The notes beneath the pieces were generated by a model. The model was given only the letters and a program-made list of their open reading frames with translations, had not been told where the DNA came from and did not search any database. From assembly GCA_041497675.1 (NCBI GenBank), contig JBGQGY010000089.1:1-16123 (forward strand): a stretch of DNA of 16,123 nucleotides. The letters are read 5' to 3'. Both the position numbers and the translations under genes were made by a program. This document shows positions 15,691 through 16,123 of this stretch, one piece after another; position 1 is the first letter of the stretch; every line of letters begins with the position of its first letter. The stretch is from a bacterium (lineage in GTDB: Bacteria; Sysuimicrobiota; Sysuimicrobiia; Sysuimicrobiales; Humicultoraceae).

Positions 15691-15897
15691 ATGGCAACAG
15701 GAACAGTGAAGTGGTTCAGTAGCGAGAAGGGGTATGGCTTCATCACCCCTGAAGACGGAACGAAGGATCTGTTCGTGCACTTCAGCGGCATCGACGGCGA
15801 AGGCTACAAGTCCCTCGAGGAGGGGCAGAAGGTCGAGTACACCCAGACGCAGGGCCAGAAGGGCCCACAGGCAACGGGAGTCCGGCTAATCAACTAG
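15691..15897 (+). CDS. cspA: Cold-shock protein (CspA family; paralog assignment uncertain)
   Basis: [12 protein letters not shown]1 KGYGFI, RNP2 [22 protein letters not shown]. Confidence 0.96.
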   Translation: MATGTVKWFSSEKGYGFITPEDGTKDLFVHFSGIDGEGYKSLEEGQKVEYTQTQGQKGPQATGVRLIN

Positions 15898-15943
15898 CAT
15901 TTCGACGACGTTCTGTCTGACGAGGCTTGTCCACGAGGCAGAC

Positions 15944-15984
15944 GCAGGCCCGGGCGATTATCGCCCGGGCCTGCTCGTTATATT
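15944..15984 (+). terminator. Rho-independent terminator (probably bidirectional)
   Basis: Perfect 14-bp inverted repeat GCAGGCCCGGGCGA / TCGCCCGGGCCTGC followed by TCGTTATATT. Confidence 0.85.
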
Positions 15985-16042
15985 AAGGTGACCTCACACG
16001 ACGCGAAGCGGCGCGCGCGCCGATGGGTGCTGGGCCGACGGC

Positions 16043-16123
16043 CTACTGGTCCGTGTCGTCCGGCGGGACGAGCAGGCTCAGCCCCAGACCTTCCAGCCCG
16101 GTCCACATGATCACGCCGCCCCA
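16043..16123 (-). CDS. 3' end of an unidentified minus-strand gene
   Basis: Open frame WGGVIMWTGLEGLGLSLLVPPDDTDQ* with GC-rich third positions, converging on the csp terminator. Confidence 0.45.
   Translation of the reverse strand, partial: WGGVIMWTGLEGLGLSLLVPPDDTDQ

Noticed and set aside
14585..16123. Island integrated at tRNA-Ala
   Set aside because: I see no duplicate of the tRNA-Ala 3' end and no integrase in the window, although the adjacent gene is somewhat AT-richer.
1..16123. CRISPR array, IS element or rRNA
   Set aside because: I found no regularly spaced repeats, transposase ORF, terminal inverted repeats or rRNA-like sequence.

Overview
High-GC bacterial chromosomal window. 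The left 9.7 kb is a co-oriented housekeeping block: cvpA-like (partial), polX (PolX-PHP), 3-methyladenine DNA glycosylase, an alkaline-phosphatase-superfamily metalloenzyme, mutS2, tyrS, an M20 amidohydrolase and an amidohydrolase-2 enzyme. This resembles the Bacillus yshB-yshC-yshD order with two extra genes inserted. A stand-alone tRNA-Ile(GAT) follows. Its 3' 59 nt plus 6 downstream nt recur 899 bp later (64/65 identical), bracketing a lower-GC, integrase-less islet with one gene, a candidate promoter and a terminator. The second copy can also be folded as a distorted cloverleaf. The right part holds small genes: DoxX, a wHTH-like protein, a double zinc ribbon protein, a membrane-anchored hypothetical, an acyl-ACP thioesterase-like protein, an SDR, tRNA-Ala(CGC), a DUF4870-like protein, a secreted intradiol-dioxygenase-like protein, a cold-shock protein, and the 3' end of a minus-strand gene. 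I saw no CRISPR array, rRNA, transposase or integrase. All calls come from motif recognition by eye; no searches were run.
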